This document shows positions 1 to 9,405 of a stretch of DNA of 64,000 nucleotides, in pieces (position 1 is the first letter of the stretch; each line of letters starts with the position of its first letter). The notes under the pieces were generated by a model. It was not told the origin of the DNA, did no database searches, and saw nothing but the letters and a program-made list of their open reading frames with translations. The DNA is from Chloroflexota bacterium (lineage in GTDB: Bacteria; Chloroflexota; Limnocylindria; Limnocylindrales; CSP1-4). Location of the stretch: assembly GCA_021802825.1 (NCBI GenBank), contig JAJZRG010000003.1:22643-86642 (forward strand), given 5' to 3'. A program made the position numbers and the translations under genes.

Positions 1-121
1 GCGGGACGGAAACGGCGGCGGAGGTAACGGTCCAGCGCGCATCGCGGACACGCCGGTCAGCGGATCCGGCGGCCGCGGCAGCGGCGCAGCACTCGGCGGC
101 GCCTCGAACGTCGCCGCTGCG

Positions 122-910
122 TTGGTGCGCCTCATGCCGACGATGGTCGTGACGACCGGCGGGGTGGCCATGACCATGGCCTTCCTCGCCTTCGGTCGCC
201 GCCGCCGCGACGAGGCGCCCACTGCGCCCGACACCGCCCTCGCGGCAGCTGCTGCGACCGGCATGCCCAACGCCGCGACCTCGCGCCTTGTCCCGGCCAC
301 CGTCCTCGTTGCCGATTCGGAGGCCCTCGCCAACGCGGTCCGCGCCGCCGGCGCCGCGCCCGCATCTGACGCACCCGCTGACACCGACGTCCCGCGGTGG
401 CGGCGGCAGTCGCTGATGGAGGCCCGCAAGGCCGATCCCGCCCGCAGCACCCGTACCTCGATCAACCTGGAGTTCACCGGCCAGGCAGGCGAGGCCGTGT
501 CCGGCCTGGAGCGACGCCGGATCCGCTATCGCCTCGTCAGCCTGCTCAACCAGCCCGACGACGTCCGCGGCGTTGAGATCGGGTCGCTCGACGAGGGCGA
601 CGAGGTCGTCTTGCTCGAGCGTCTGGGCACCTACTGGCGGGTCCTGTGCCCGGACGGCCGCGAGGGCTGGGTCCACAAGATGGTCCTCGGGGGACAGATC
701 GGGGATGCCCCGCCGCCCGCCACCCCGCTGCCGCCGACCGTTCCGGCACCGGCCACGCCCGTGCTGCCGTCGGCCCCGATCGCGGCCACGCGCAGCAGCG
801 CCGGGGCGTCGTGGACCGCAGCGGACGAGGGGCCCGGACCCGAGCCGGGCTCGTTCGAGGACGTCCTGCGGCTGTACTCGGAGCGCCGCCAGCAGTTCGG
901 CGAGGCATAG
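122..910 (+). CDS. SH3b-domain membrane-anchored protein (possibly 5'-truncated at window edge)
   Basis: Hydrophobic segment VVTTGGVAMTMAFLAFG followed by RRRRDE. SH3b-like core LDEGDEVVLLERLGTYWRVLCPDGREGWVHK. Pro-rich tail. The frame has no stop from base 2 to 121, so the true start may lie outside the window. Confidence 0.5.
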   Translation: MVRLMPTMVVTTGGVAMTMAFLAFGRRRRDEAPTAPDTALAAAAATGMPNAATSRLVPATVLVADSEALANAVRAAGAAPASDAPADTDVPRWRRQSLMEARKADPARSTRTSINLEFTGQAGEAVSGLERRRIRYRLVSLLNQPDDVRGVEIGSLDEGDEVVLLERLGTYWRVLCPDGREGWVHKMVLGGQIGDAPPPATPLPPTVPAPATPVLPSAPIAATRSSAGASWTAADEGPGPEPGSFEDVLRLYSERRQQFGEA

Positions 911-1020
911 GCGCGCCGGCAACGCCGGGAGCGCTCGGTGCACCGGCCGGGCTGGGCTCCGTCAGGTCACGGGCGCCTGAGCCGTCGGCGGCATCGCGAC
1001 CGCTCGGTCCTCTGGTCGCG

Positions 1021-2013
1021 CTAGGCGCCGGTCAGCCGATCCTCGCCTGCGCCGGACGGCGGGTCGTCGGGCGCGATGGCCTCAGTTCGCCGCTTCGAAG
1101 TCCGCTCGGGGGCCTTGCGCAGCACCACGATGTGCTGATGGGCAATGTTGGGCACGAAGGCCCGCGGGTACCCGTAGGGCCTGAGCCGCGTCCCCGCCTG
1201 GTACCACACGATGTCGCCCTTGGGGACCAGCCCCACAGCGGCCGCGCGCGCGGCCAGGTCCGCGCCGGTGAACAGGTAGCGGCCGCCCTGGTAGGCGTCG
1301 CGGACGATCAGCACGGCGTACCGGCCCGGGCGGAGCACGCGGTGGACCTCGGCGAGGATCACGCCCATCGCGTCGAGGAAGGCCGGGTAGTCGGGCAGGT
1401 TGGCGAGGTCGCCCTCGAGGTCGGACACCATCGCGTAGTCCGTGCGCCGGTTCGCGTGCGCCGCGGCGAGCTTGCCGCCCGCCATCGTCATCGGCAGCTG
1501 TACGTTGTACGGCGGATCCGTGGCCACGAAGTCGATGGAGGCGTCCGGAATGGCGCGCAGCAGCTCGCGCGCCTCGCCCACGCGGAGCTCGCAGCCCGCC
1601 GGGTCGAAGCCGCGGACCCCGCCTGGGTCGTTGGGGCCGAGGTCGGCGAGGCGGGGCCCGGTGCCGCCATGCTCGGCCTCGAGGGCCTCGACTGTCTGCG
1701 CGTAGACGGCCGCCCAGCGTGGGTCCAGCTCGATCCCGATTGCCCGGCGCGGGCCGCGCGCGATGGCCGCTCCGAGCAGGGTGCCGCCGACGCCCGCGAA
1801 CGGGTCGAGCACCAGCTCCCCGCTGCGCGTGAAGAACTCGATGAGGCGGGCCATCAGCCGCGGCGGCTTGTTGGCGCCGTGGGCCTTGCGGCGCGCGTGG
1901 CCGAGCTCGCTCGGGTAGGCGGTGCTCCAGACCGACTTGGTGAAGTAGAGCCACTCCTCGCCGGGCAGCTCGTTGAGGTCGTTGCGGGGGTGGGGCGCGC
2001 GGCGTTCCTGCAC
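1021..2013 (-). CDS. N6-adenine/N4-cytosine DNA methyltransferase (DPPY type), orphan
   Basis: AdoMet motif I LVLDPFAGVGGT, preceded by the KPPRLMARLIEFFT block. Catalytic motif IV FVATDPPYN lies about 95 aa downstream (order X-I...IV). No restriction endonuclease-like neighbour. Confidence 0.8.
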   Translation of the reverse strand: MQERRAPHPRNDLNELPGEEWLYFTKSVWSTAYPSELGHARRKAHGANKPPRLMARLIEFFTRSGELVLDPFAGVGGTLLGAAIARGPRRAIGIELDPRWAAVYAQTVEALEAEHGGTGPRLADLGPNDPGGVRGFDPAGCELRVGEARELLRAIPDASIDFVATDPPYNVQLPMTMAGGKLAAAHANRRTDYAMVSDLEGDLANLPDYPAFLDAMGVILAEVHRVLRPGRYAVLIVRDAYQGGRYLFTGADLAARAAAVGLVPKGDIVWYQAGTRLRPYGYPRAFVPNIAHQHIVVLRKAPERTSKRRTEAIAPDDPPSGAGEDRLTGA

Positions 2014-2069
2014 GGGACGAGCGTACCCGTCACGGGCGGTCGTCGGTCGGCGCCTTCGGCCTCCGTAGA

Positions 2070-5000
2070 ATGAGGGTGATGCCGGGGCGTGTCGTGAGCC
2101 GACGGTTCATCGGGCGAGAGCCGGATCTCGCCCGCTTCGGCGCGGCAGTCGCGGCGGCGTCGGCCGGCACCGCAACGGCGATCGTTGTCTCCGGCACCGC
2201 CGGGATCGGCGTGTCGCGGTTCCTCGACGAGGGGCTCGCTAGGGTGGCGGCGTCGAGCGCGGCCCCGCTCGTGCTCCGCGGGCGCGCCCACGGGCCGGCA
2301 GACCCGCCGTGGCAGTCTGTCCTCGACGCGCTCGGACCGCTGTTCGCAACCCGCCCCCAGCCTGAGCTCGAGGGGCTGCTCCATGGCGACGCCCGCCCGG
2401 TCCTGGCCCACCTGCCGAGCCTCGCTGCGCTGGCTGCCTGCGTGCCCGCCCGGGCGATGAGCGCCCTCGCCGACCCCGAGCGTCGGCAGCCGCGCGCGCT
2501 CGAGTCGCTGCTCCGCTGGCTGGGCCGGGTCGCCGCCGAGCGGCCCATCGTGCTCGTGCTCGAGGACCTCCATGTCGCGGACGCCGCCACCCGTGCCCTG
2601 GCGACGTTCTTCGCGCGCACCGCCAAGAACGAGCGGATCGCCCTCGTGCTCTCGTACCAGCCCGACCGCCTCGTGCGCGACCACCCGCTGTGCGAGAACC
2701 TCGCGGTGATCGATGCCGGGCTGCGGCCGCCAGTCCGCATCGACCTCGCCCCGCTCGCGCGGCGCGACATCGCGGCGCTGATCGAGGGGATTGAGGGGGA
2801 GCGCCCGTCGGCGTCGATCGTGGTTCTCGTTGCGGAGCGGTCGGCGGGGTCGCCGCTCGTGGTGGAGGAGCTGATCTCCGCGCGGCGTGAGCTGCGCAAC
2901 GCCACCCTCACGGGCACGCTCTCGGACCTAGTGGCCGCGCGGCTGGGGCGGCGAGGCCCTGAGTGCCGTCGCGTCCTGCGCCTGCTCGCTACCGCCGACC
3001 GCCCGATCGACCAGGCGCGGCTGGAGCGCGCCGCACAGGGGTTCGAGGAGCAGCGCGCGGGCCACCTGCCGCCGCGATCCTCCACGGCGCCGCGGCACCG
3101 CGGCGACGCGCTCGATGCCGACCTCACGGCAGGCCTCGACGAGGCGCTTGAGCACGGACTCGTCCGGCGGACCGAGGACGGCCTGCTCCACATCCGCCAC
3201 GAGCTGATCACCCGGGCCGTGATCTCGGACCTGCTGCCGGCGCAGATCCCGCGCTACCGCACGGCCCTGGCCCGTGCCTTCGAGGACGAGCCCGACGTCG
3301 CGGCGCGCCACTGGCTCGCGGCGCACCGGCTGGTGGAGGCGCGCGCCGCTGCGATCGCCGCGGGCCGGCGGGCGATGCGGCTCGAGGCGCCCGAGGACGC
3401 GCTGGCCGCCTTCGAGACTGCGCTCGAACTGCCCGCCCCGGCCGACGTCGAGCCTGGAGACGACCCGGCGGAGCTCGCCCAGCTCGCGGCTGAGGCCGCC
3501 TACGCCTCCAGGCGCCCGTTGCGCGCGGTCGCGTACGCCGAGAGTGCGCGTGCCGTGCTGGGCGAGCGACGGGACCGCATGGCGTGGGCGGTGCTCGAGG
3601 GCCGTCTGGGCCGCTACCGCCTCGCGGCGGGTGACGCGACCGGCGCCACCACCGCGTTCCGCCGGGCTGCCGAGACCGTGCCCCCTGAGGCGTCGGTGGA
3701 GCGCGCCCGGATCCTGGCCCTGCTCGCGCAGGAGCGGATGATCGCCGGGGCTTTCGCCGATGCGGAGCGGGCCGCGGACCGCGCGCTCGAGCTCGCCCGC
3801 ATGCTGGGCGATGCCGCCGAGCCCGAGGCGATCCATGCGCTCACGACGCTGGCCACGATCTACGGCTGGGGCGGGCGTCCCGAGGCGGCCCCGGACATGC
3901 TGCGCGAGGCGCAGCGGCGAGCCGAGGCGCTGGGGCTGGCCGAGGAGCGCTTCCGGGCGACCGCGAACCTCACCTCCGTGCTCGAGCTCCTGGGCCGGCC
4001 GGGAGAGGCGGTGGACGAGACGTTCCGGGGCATGGCGTGGGCCGCCGAGCACGATCTCGACGCCGTGTACGGGAACCTGCTGGCGGGCAACGTGGCGGGC
4101 GTGCTGGTGGAGATCGGGCGCTGGGCGGAGGCGCGCGAGCTGAGCCTGCGGGCGCTCGACTGGAGCCCGGCCGGGATTCCGTTCGTCGCCGCGATCCTCA
4201 ACCTCGTCATCGTCGAGATCGACACCGAGGCCGGCGAGGAGGCGGGCCTCCTGCTGGGCCGGATCCTGGTGGAGCTCGAGACCGGCGGCGATCTCCAGTT
4301 CGCTGTGCCGGCGTACCAGGCGACGGCCGCCTACGCGATGTGGAGCGGCGACCTCGCCGACGCCCGCCGCGCCGCCGAGCGTGGCTGGGCGCGCCTGAGG
4401 GGCACCGAGGACTGGGTGCTCGTGGCGCGCATGGCCTCGACCGCGCTCGAGGTGGAGTCGGCGATCGTCGCCGACGCGCGGGACCGGCGGCGGATCGGCG
4501 ACATGGCGGCCTCGCGGGAGCGCGCCAATCGGATCCTCGCCGAGGCCGAGGCGGCCGTCGCGCGTGTCCGCGCGGAGGGCGACGGACTGGGCTCGTCGGA
4601 GCCCGAGGCCTGCCTCGCCATGGCCCGCGCGTTCCACGCCCGGCTCATGGGCCGCGACGACCAGGCGAACTGGGCCGACCTCGCCGTCCGGTGGAAGGCT
4701 CTGGGCGACCCGTACCGTGAGGCTCGCGCCCGCTGGCGCCAGGCCGAGACCATTCTGAGTGGCGCGATCGCCGGCCCGGGCGGCAACCGCGACAGGACCG
4801 ACGCCCGCCTCGTTCGGGTCGATGCCCGCGAGCCGCTTGCCGAGGCGGTCCGGCTGGCGACGGGCCTGCGCGCCCGGCCGCTGTTGCGCCGCCTCCGCGA
4901 CCTCGCCGGGCGCGCGATGATCCCGCTCTCGCCCGACGTCGACGCGCTCCTCGCCGAGCCCGCAGCGCCGCCCTCGCCGGTCACCGCGGCGGTGGCCGCG

Positions 5001-5300
5001 GAGCCGCGGGCCGACATGCCGGTCGCGACCGTCCACGCGGCGCCCCAAGCCGGAGCCCCAGCGACCGCCAGCCAGGACACCTTCGGGCTGTCAAAGCGCG
5101 AGTTGGAGGTGCTTGGGCTGATCGCCCAGGGCCGCACCAACCGCGAGATCGGCGACCGGCTGTTCATCAGCCAGAAGACGGTCGGCGTGCACGTCGGGAA
5201 CATCCTCGCCAAGCTCGGGGTGTCGGGCCGGGTTGAGGCGGCGTCGGTGGCGATCCGGCTCGGGCTGGAGAGCGCGGCGGTTCCCGTGAGGGGCCGCTGA
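2070..5300 (+). CDS. Large ATP-binding LuxR-family regulator (LAL/MalT-like: N-terminal NTPase, helical/TPR-like middle, C-terminal LuxR HTH)
   Basis: 1076 aa. N-terminal FIGREPDLARF...VVSGTAGIGVSRF P-loop-like region and LVLEDLHVAD Walker B-like motif. Long Ala/Leu/Arg-rich helical repeats. C-terminal LSKRELEVLGLIAQGRTNREIGDRLFISQKTVGVHVGNILAKLGV. Confidence 0.85.
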   Translation: MRVMPGRVVSRRFIGREPDLARFGAAVAAASAGTATAIVVSGTAGIGVSRFLDEGLARVAASSAAPLVLRGRAHGPADPPWQSVLDALGPLFATRPQPELEGLLHGDARPVLAHLPSLAALAACVPARAMSALADPERRQPRALESLLRWLGRVAAERPIVLVLEDLHVADAATRALATFFARTAKNERIALVLSYQPDRLVRDHPLCENLAVIDAGLRPPVRIDLAPLARRDIAALIEGIEGERPSASIVVLVAERSAGSPLVVEELISARRELRNATLTGTLSDLVAARLGRRGPECRRVLRLLATADRPIDQARLERAAQGFEEQRAGHLPPRSSTAPRHRGDALDADLTAGLDEALEHGLVRRTEDGLLHIRHELITRAVISDLLPAQIPRYRTALARAFEDEPDVAARHWLAAHRLVEARAAAIAAGRRAMRLEAPEDALAAFETALELPAPADVEPGDDPAELAQLAAEAAYASRRPLRAVAYAESARAVLGERRDRMAWAVLEGRLGRYRLAAGDATGATTAFRRAAETVPPEASVERARILALLAQERMIAGAFADAERAADRALELARMLGDAAEPEAIHALTTLATIYGWGGRPEAAPDMLREAQRRAEALGLAEERFRATANLTSVLELLGRPGEAVDETFRGMAWAAEHDLDAVYGNLLAGNVAGVLVEIGRWAEARELSLRALDWSPAGIPFVAAILNLVIVEIDTEAGEEAGLLLGRILVELETGGDLQFAVPAYQATAAYAMWSGDLADARRAAERGWARLRGTEDWVLVARMASTALEVESAIVADARDRRRIGDMAASRERANRILAEAEAAVARVRAEGDGLGSSEPEACLAMARAFHARLMGRDDQANWADLAVRWKALGDPYREARARWRQAETILSGAIAGPGGNRDRTDARLVRVDAREPLAEAVRLATGLRARPLLRRLRDLAGRAMIPLSPDVDALLAEPAAPPSPVTAAVAAEPRADMPVATVHAAPQAGAPATASQDTFGLSKRELEVLGLIAQGRTNREIGDRLFISQKTVGVHVGNILAKLGVSGRVEAASVAIRLGLESAAVPVRGR

Positions 5301-5402
5301 GGGCTCCCGGGTCGCTCCGGGTCGCTCGGCGGCGCATCTCGGCATCTTTCGGTAGATTCGCCCCAGTTCCACCTTGCCGGATGTGCCCATTTCGAGGTCC
5401 CC

Positions 5403-5957
5403 ATGCGCCGTCCCCTCTCCGCCGCCCTCCTCACCGCCGCGCTGCTCCTGTCTGCCTGCGCGGCGACCCAGCCGCCCGCCTGGACGTACGCCCCGCCCAC
5501 GGCCTCACCGACGGTCAATCCCTCGGCCGCTGCGCCGTCCGCCGGAGCCTCAGCCGCCACGTCCCCCGTCCCGTCTGCTGGCGGGTCGGCAGTCACGTCT
5601 GCCGCGCCCGCGTCGGGCTCGGCCGCCCCGTCGGGCAGCTCGGCCGCGCCCGCGTCGGGCTCAGGCGCGGCCGCGAGCACGTCCCTCGACCTCACGGCGC
5701 AGAACGTCGCCTTTGACAAGGACGCCCTCAGCGCCCCGGCGAACACCGCGTTCACCATCCACTTCGACAATCAGGACCAGGGGATCCCGCACAACGTCAC
5801 GATCAAGGACGCCAGCGGCAAGGACGTATTCAAGCCTGAGCTGATCACGGGCCCGGCGAAAACCGACTACAGCGTACCGGCGCTCCCGGCCGGCACCTAC
5901 ACCTTCTACTGCCTCGTCCACCCCGGCATGGCCGGGACGCTCACGGTCGGGCCCTGA
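5403..5957 (+). CDS. Cupredoxin (plastocyanin/amicyanin-like blue copper) lipoprotein
   Basis: Lipobox LLLSAC. Ser/Ala/Pro linker. C-terminal cupredoxin with ligand pattern H(NV)...C-x2-H-x2-M (YTFYCLVHPGMAGTL). GAGG 6 nt upstream of the ATG. Paralogous to the C-terminal domain of 56860..57975. Confidence 0.8.
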   Translation: MRRPLSAALLTAALLLSACAATQPPAWTYAPPTASPTVNPSAAAPSAGASAATSPVPSAGGSAVTSAAPASGSAAPSGSSAAPASGSGAAASTSLDLTAQNVAFDKDALSAPANTAFTIHFDNQDQGIPHNVTIKDASGKDVFKPELITGPAKTDYSVPALPAGTYTFYCLVHPGMAGTLTVGP

Positions 5958-5967
5958 CGGGCAGGCG

Positions 5968-6723
5968 ATGACGCCCCGGGTTGACGAGGTCTGCTACCGC
6001 GACGCGTATGCGCGTCGCCTGGAGGCCCGCATCCTCGAGGTGAGTGCCGGAGCCGGCGCCCCTCCAGTCGTCGTCCTCGACACAACGGCGTTCTACCCGG
6101 GGGGCGGCGGCCAGCCGTCGGATCGGGGGGTGATCCTGCGATCGGCGGACGGGCGTTCGTGGACCGTGCGGGCGGCGAGGCGCGTGGGCGGCGAAATCGT
6201 CCACGAGCTCGAGGTGCCCGAGGACGGCGAGCTGCCGCGCCCGGGCGACCTCGTGGCCGTAGACGTTGAGTGGGCCCGGCGGTACGCGCTGATGCGGACG
6301 CACACCGCGCTCCACGCGCTGTGCGGCGTTGTGTGGCGCGACTACGGGGCGCAGGTCACCGGCGGCAACATGGAGCCCGGCTCCGGGCGCATGGACTTCG
6401 AGTTCGAGCGCATGTCGGGCGACCTCGTCGGCGAGATCGAGGCGAAGGTCAATGCTGAGCTGCGGGCCTCGCGCGACGTGCGGGTGGACGTCCTGCCGCG
6501 CGCCGAGGCATTCGCGATCCCGGACCTGATCCGGACGAAGGTGAACCTGCTGCCGGAGGGGATCGAGCAGATCCGGACGATCGAGATCGTCGGCCTCGAC
6601 CTCCAGGCCGACGGGGGGACGCACGTGGCGAACACGCGCGAGGTGGGCGGGATCCACGTGACCGGCTACGAGTCCAAGGGGCGCATCAACAAGCGGATCC
6701 GGCTGGAGCTGGTTAACGCGTAG
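5968..6723 (+). CDS. alaX: AlaX-M-like alanyl/threonyl-tRNA editing domain protein
   Basis: HxxxH motif (RTHTALHAL) and GGTHV motif of the tRNA synthetase second additional domain (SAD). Length 251 aa is typical of AlaX-M. The residue before GGTH is Asp, not the usual Cys. Confidence 0.75.
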   Translation: MTPRVDEVCYRDAYARRLEARILEVSAGAGAPPVVVLDTTAFYPGGGGQPSDRGVILRSADGRSWTVRAARRVGGEIVHELEVPEDGELPRPGDLVAVDVEWARRYALMRTHTALHALCGVVWRDYGAQVTGGNMEPGSGRMDFEFERMSGDLVGEIEAKVNAELRASRDVRVDVLPRAEAFAIPDLIRTKVNLLPEGIEQIRTIEIVGLDLQADGGTHVANTREVGGIHVTGYESKGRINKRIRLELVNA

Positions 6724-7215
6724 TCGCCAGCCGCGCGGTTCCGCGTTCTGTGCTCGGCCACCGGCCGGTCGTCGGTCCGGCGCCTCCTCGTCGCGCTCGG
6801 CCTACCGCCAATGTTCGTTCGGAGTGAACACCGGAGGACCTGCGGGCGGGTGTCGAGGCCCGCCGCCGGCCACGGAGACCGCGAAGGCGGCCCGCTGGCG
6901 GGTCACAAGCGTGTTTTTCTAGGGGCCGGGCGGCAGGAATGGCCGACCCGGACGGGATGGCCGATGCAGAGGTGGCGAATGCACCCTTGCGGTGTCCTCC
7001 GTGTTCATTAGGAGCGAAAAGCGTCGCTGCGTCCTTGCGGTCCACCCGGCATGAGGCCACCGGGCATGAGGCGCTCGGGCGGCGGGGCGCCTGGCGCCCG
7101 ACCCCGCCTCGGGCGCCGTTCGCCAGACGGTGCTGCCGTGGCTCGCCGGGTGATCCCGAGCCACCGCTGGCAGGCGGCTCGTCTCTCGCAGCTGTGGGTC
7201 AGACTCGTCCCTCGT

Positions 7216-7833
7216 TCAGCGCCACAGGTCAGGCGCCAATACCGTGCCGCCGATCGCCTCCGCCAGCCGGGCGAGCACGGCGAACCAGTCGTATCGGCTG
7301 GTCGCCTCCGACGCGCGCAGCGTCACCATCCGGCCGGCGGGGACCAGCTCGGGCAGGACCCGGTCGAGGATCGCCTCCACCTCGTCGCGGAAGGCGTCGT
7401 TGGTCGAGCGCACTCCGTCGGCCTGGAGGGCGACGTCGGGCAGCAGCCGCACGACCAGGTCGTAGGTCTGCGACCAGCGGCGGATCAGGGGCTCCACCGC
7501 GAACTCGTCCACCCCGCTGGCGGAGCGCAGGTAGTAGGCGAAGTTGTCCATTACGCCGCGGTCGGTGGCCAGCACGTCAGCCTTGGGGGCCAGCACCAGC
7601 TCCTGGCGGATCTGCGACACCAGCACCCATAGCTGCGCCTCGCCCGTCGCGCTCTCGTTGATGCCCAGCGGATTGTCGCGAACCACCTCTCGGCCGAGCT
7701 CCACCGACAGCCCGGCACGCTGGGCCTCGGCCGCGAACGCGAGCAGGGCACTGGTCTTGCGGATCCCGTGGGACCCGATGAAGGCGATCTTGGCGTGGCG
7801 GGGCCACACCGTGGCGGCACGAGGTCCGGGCAT
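7216..7833 (-). CDS. AAA_28/NadR-like P-loop NTPase with deviant Walker A
   Basis: KIAFIGSHGIRKTS (GxxxxRKT instead of GxxxxGKT). LATDRGVMDNFAYY block resembles the AAA_28 family. Confidence 0.55.
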   Translation of the reverse strand: MPGPRAATVWPRHAKIAFIGSHGIRKTSALLAFAAEAQRAGLSVELGREVVRDNPLGINESATGEAQLWVLVSQIRQELVLAPKADVLATDRGVMDNFAYYLRSASGVDEFAVEPLIRRWSQTYDLVVRLLPDVALQADGVRSTNDAFRDEVEAILDRVLPELVPAGRMVTLRASEATSRYDWFAVLARLAEAIGGTVLAPDLWR

Positions 7834-7975
7834 CGGCCCAGCCTATCGCGTGTCGCGCACGGGCTGCCGGCCGCGCCGCTGTCGGCCGAGCGTCAATCAG
7901 ACGGCCCCGGGGCATCGCGCCACCGAGGCCGTCGGGCTGGACGTGAGAAACGCAGGGCCGCGGAGACCCCGCGGG

Positions 7976-9403
7976 CTACAGCGCCTTGACGGCCGCCACC
8001 AGCTCGGCCAGGCCGGCCTTCGCGTCGGCGAACAGCATCCCGGTCTTGGGGTTCGTGTACAGCTCGTTGTCGATGCCCGCGTAGCCGCGGCCCATCGAGC
8101 GCTTCATGACGATGATGTTCTTGGCGTGGTCAACGTCGAGGATCGGCATCCCCGACACGGGCGAGCCAGGCCGGCGTGCTGCGGGGTTCGTCACGTCGTT
8201 GGCGCCCACGACGAGCGCCACGTCGCAGCGGTCGAACTCGGGGTTGATGTCGTCCATCTCGCGCAGCTGCGGGTAGGGGACGTTGGCCTCCGCCAGCAGG
8301 ACGTTCATGTGCCCGGGCATCCGGCCGGCCACCGGGTGGATCGCGTACTTCACATCCACGCCGCGGTGCTCCAGCACCTCGGCCAGCTCGCGGACCCCGT
8401 GCTGGGCCTGGGCCACGGCCAGGCCGTACCCGGGCACGATGATCACCGAGGAGGCGTAGGCGAGCTGGATTGCCGCGTCGTCCATCGACACCTCATGCAC
8501 CGAGCCGCCCGGGCCCGTCGCAGCGCCGGCCACCGCATCGCCGCCGCCGAACCCGCCGAGCATGATGTTGAGGATCGAACGGTTCATGGCGTCGGCCATG
8601 AGCTTGGTGAGGATGGCGCCAGATGCACCGACCAGGGCGCCGGCGATGATCAGGACCGGGTTGTTGAGGACGAAGCCGGCCATGGCGACCGCGGTGCCGG
8701 TGAACGAGTTGAGCAGCGAGATGACGACCGGCATGTCTGCGCCGCCGATCGGCAGCGCCATCGTGACCCCGAACACCAGGGCGGCGGCCAGGATCGCGAC
8801 CATGACCGCAATCTGGTAGTTGCCCAGGAACAGGTAGGCCGCGCCGGCCACCGCGACCGCCGCCAGCAGCAGCGTGACGATCTGCCCGCCCGGGATGGCC
8901 ACGGGCCGCGACGGGGTGATCTTGAGGCCCATCAGCTTGCCGGACGCGACGAGCGAGCCGGTGAAGGTGACGGAGCCGATCGCGATGTCGAGGACGGTGG
9001 CGACGTTCTCCTGGAGCCCCGGCACCGTACCCGCGTGGCGGAGGTACTCCTCGATGGCGATGAGTGCCGCCGCGCCGCCGCCCACAGCGTTAAACAGCGA
9101 CACCAGCTGGGGCATCGCGGTCATCTTGACGGTCCGGGCGGAGTAGAAGCCGTAGCCCCCGCCCACCGCGATACCCGCGAGGACGATGACCCAGCCGATG
9201 GGATTGAACGAGCCGGCCGCCGGCGTGAGCAGCAGGTAGACCGCGGTCGCGGCGATAGCGATCGCCATGCCCCCGGCCGAGACCAGGTTCCCGTTGCGCG
9301 CCGTCGCGGGCGAGTTCATCCGCGACAGGCCGATGACGAAGGCGACGGCGCCCACCAGCCAGGCGAGGCGGACGAAAGCGTCGAGCGGCGTGAGGTTGAT
9401 CAC
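7976..9403 (-). CDS. pntB: NAD(P) transhydrogenase subunit beta
   Basis: Multi-TM N-terminal half plus the C-terminal NADP(H) domain (VIIVPGYGLAVAQAQH...VKYAIHPVAGRMPGHMNVLLAEANVPY...ALVVGANDVTNPAA). GTG start at 9403, 2 nt after the pntAB stop. The upstream part of the track ORF (to 9748) overlaps pntAB and was rejected. Confidence 0.9.
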   Translation of the reverse strand: MINLTPLDAFVRLAWLVGAVAFVIGLSRMNSPATARNGNLVSAGGMAIAIAATAVYLLLTPAAGSFNPIGWVIVLAGIAVGGGYGFYSARTVKMTAMPQLVSLFNAVGGGAAALIAIEEYLRHAGTVPGLQENVATVLDIAIGSVTFTGSLVASGKLMGLKITPSRPVAIPGGQIVTLLLAAVAVAGAAYLFLGNYQIAVMVAILAAALVFGVTMALPIGGADMPVVISLLNSFTGTAVAMAGFVLNNPVLIIAGALVGASGAILTKLMADAMNRSILNIMLGGFGGGDAVAGAATGPGGSVHEVSMDDAAIQLAYASSVIIVPGYGLAVAQAQHGVRELAEVLEHRGVDVKYAIHPVAGRMPGHMNVLLAEANVPYPQLREMDDINPEFDRCDVALVVGANDVTNPAARRPGSPVSGMPILDVDHAKNIIVMKRSMGRGYAGIDNELYTNPKTGMLFADAKAGLAELVAAVKAL

Positions 9404-9405
9404 GG

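Noticed and set aside
1021-2013. Complete restriction-modification system.
   Set aside because: No ORF with nuclease-like motifs flanks the methyltransferase. The neighbours are an SH3b protein and a LuxR-type regulator.
6713-7164. ORFs of 66-115 aa inside the long convergent intergenic region.
   Set aside because: Third-position GC is well below that of confirmed genes. The translations are Arg/Pro-rich with no motifs. The region is reported instead as a candidate non-coding element.
6724-7215. Known housekeeping RNA (RNase P RNA, tmRNA, SRP RNA or a cobalamin riboswitch) in the long intergenic gap.
   Set aside because: I could not find the hallmark sequences on either strand: the GGAAAGUCCGG and ACAGAACCCGGCUUA-type RNase P motifs, a tRNA-like ...UCCACCA end for tmRNA, or the AGGUCCGGAAGGAAGCAGC SRP motif. 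This is only an eye-scan, so a covariance-model search is still needed.
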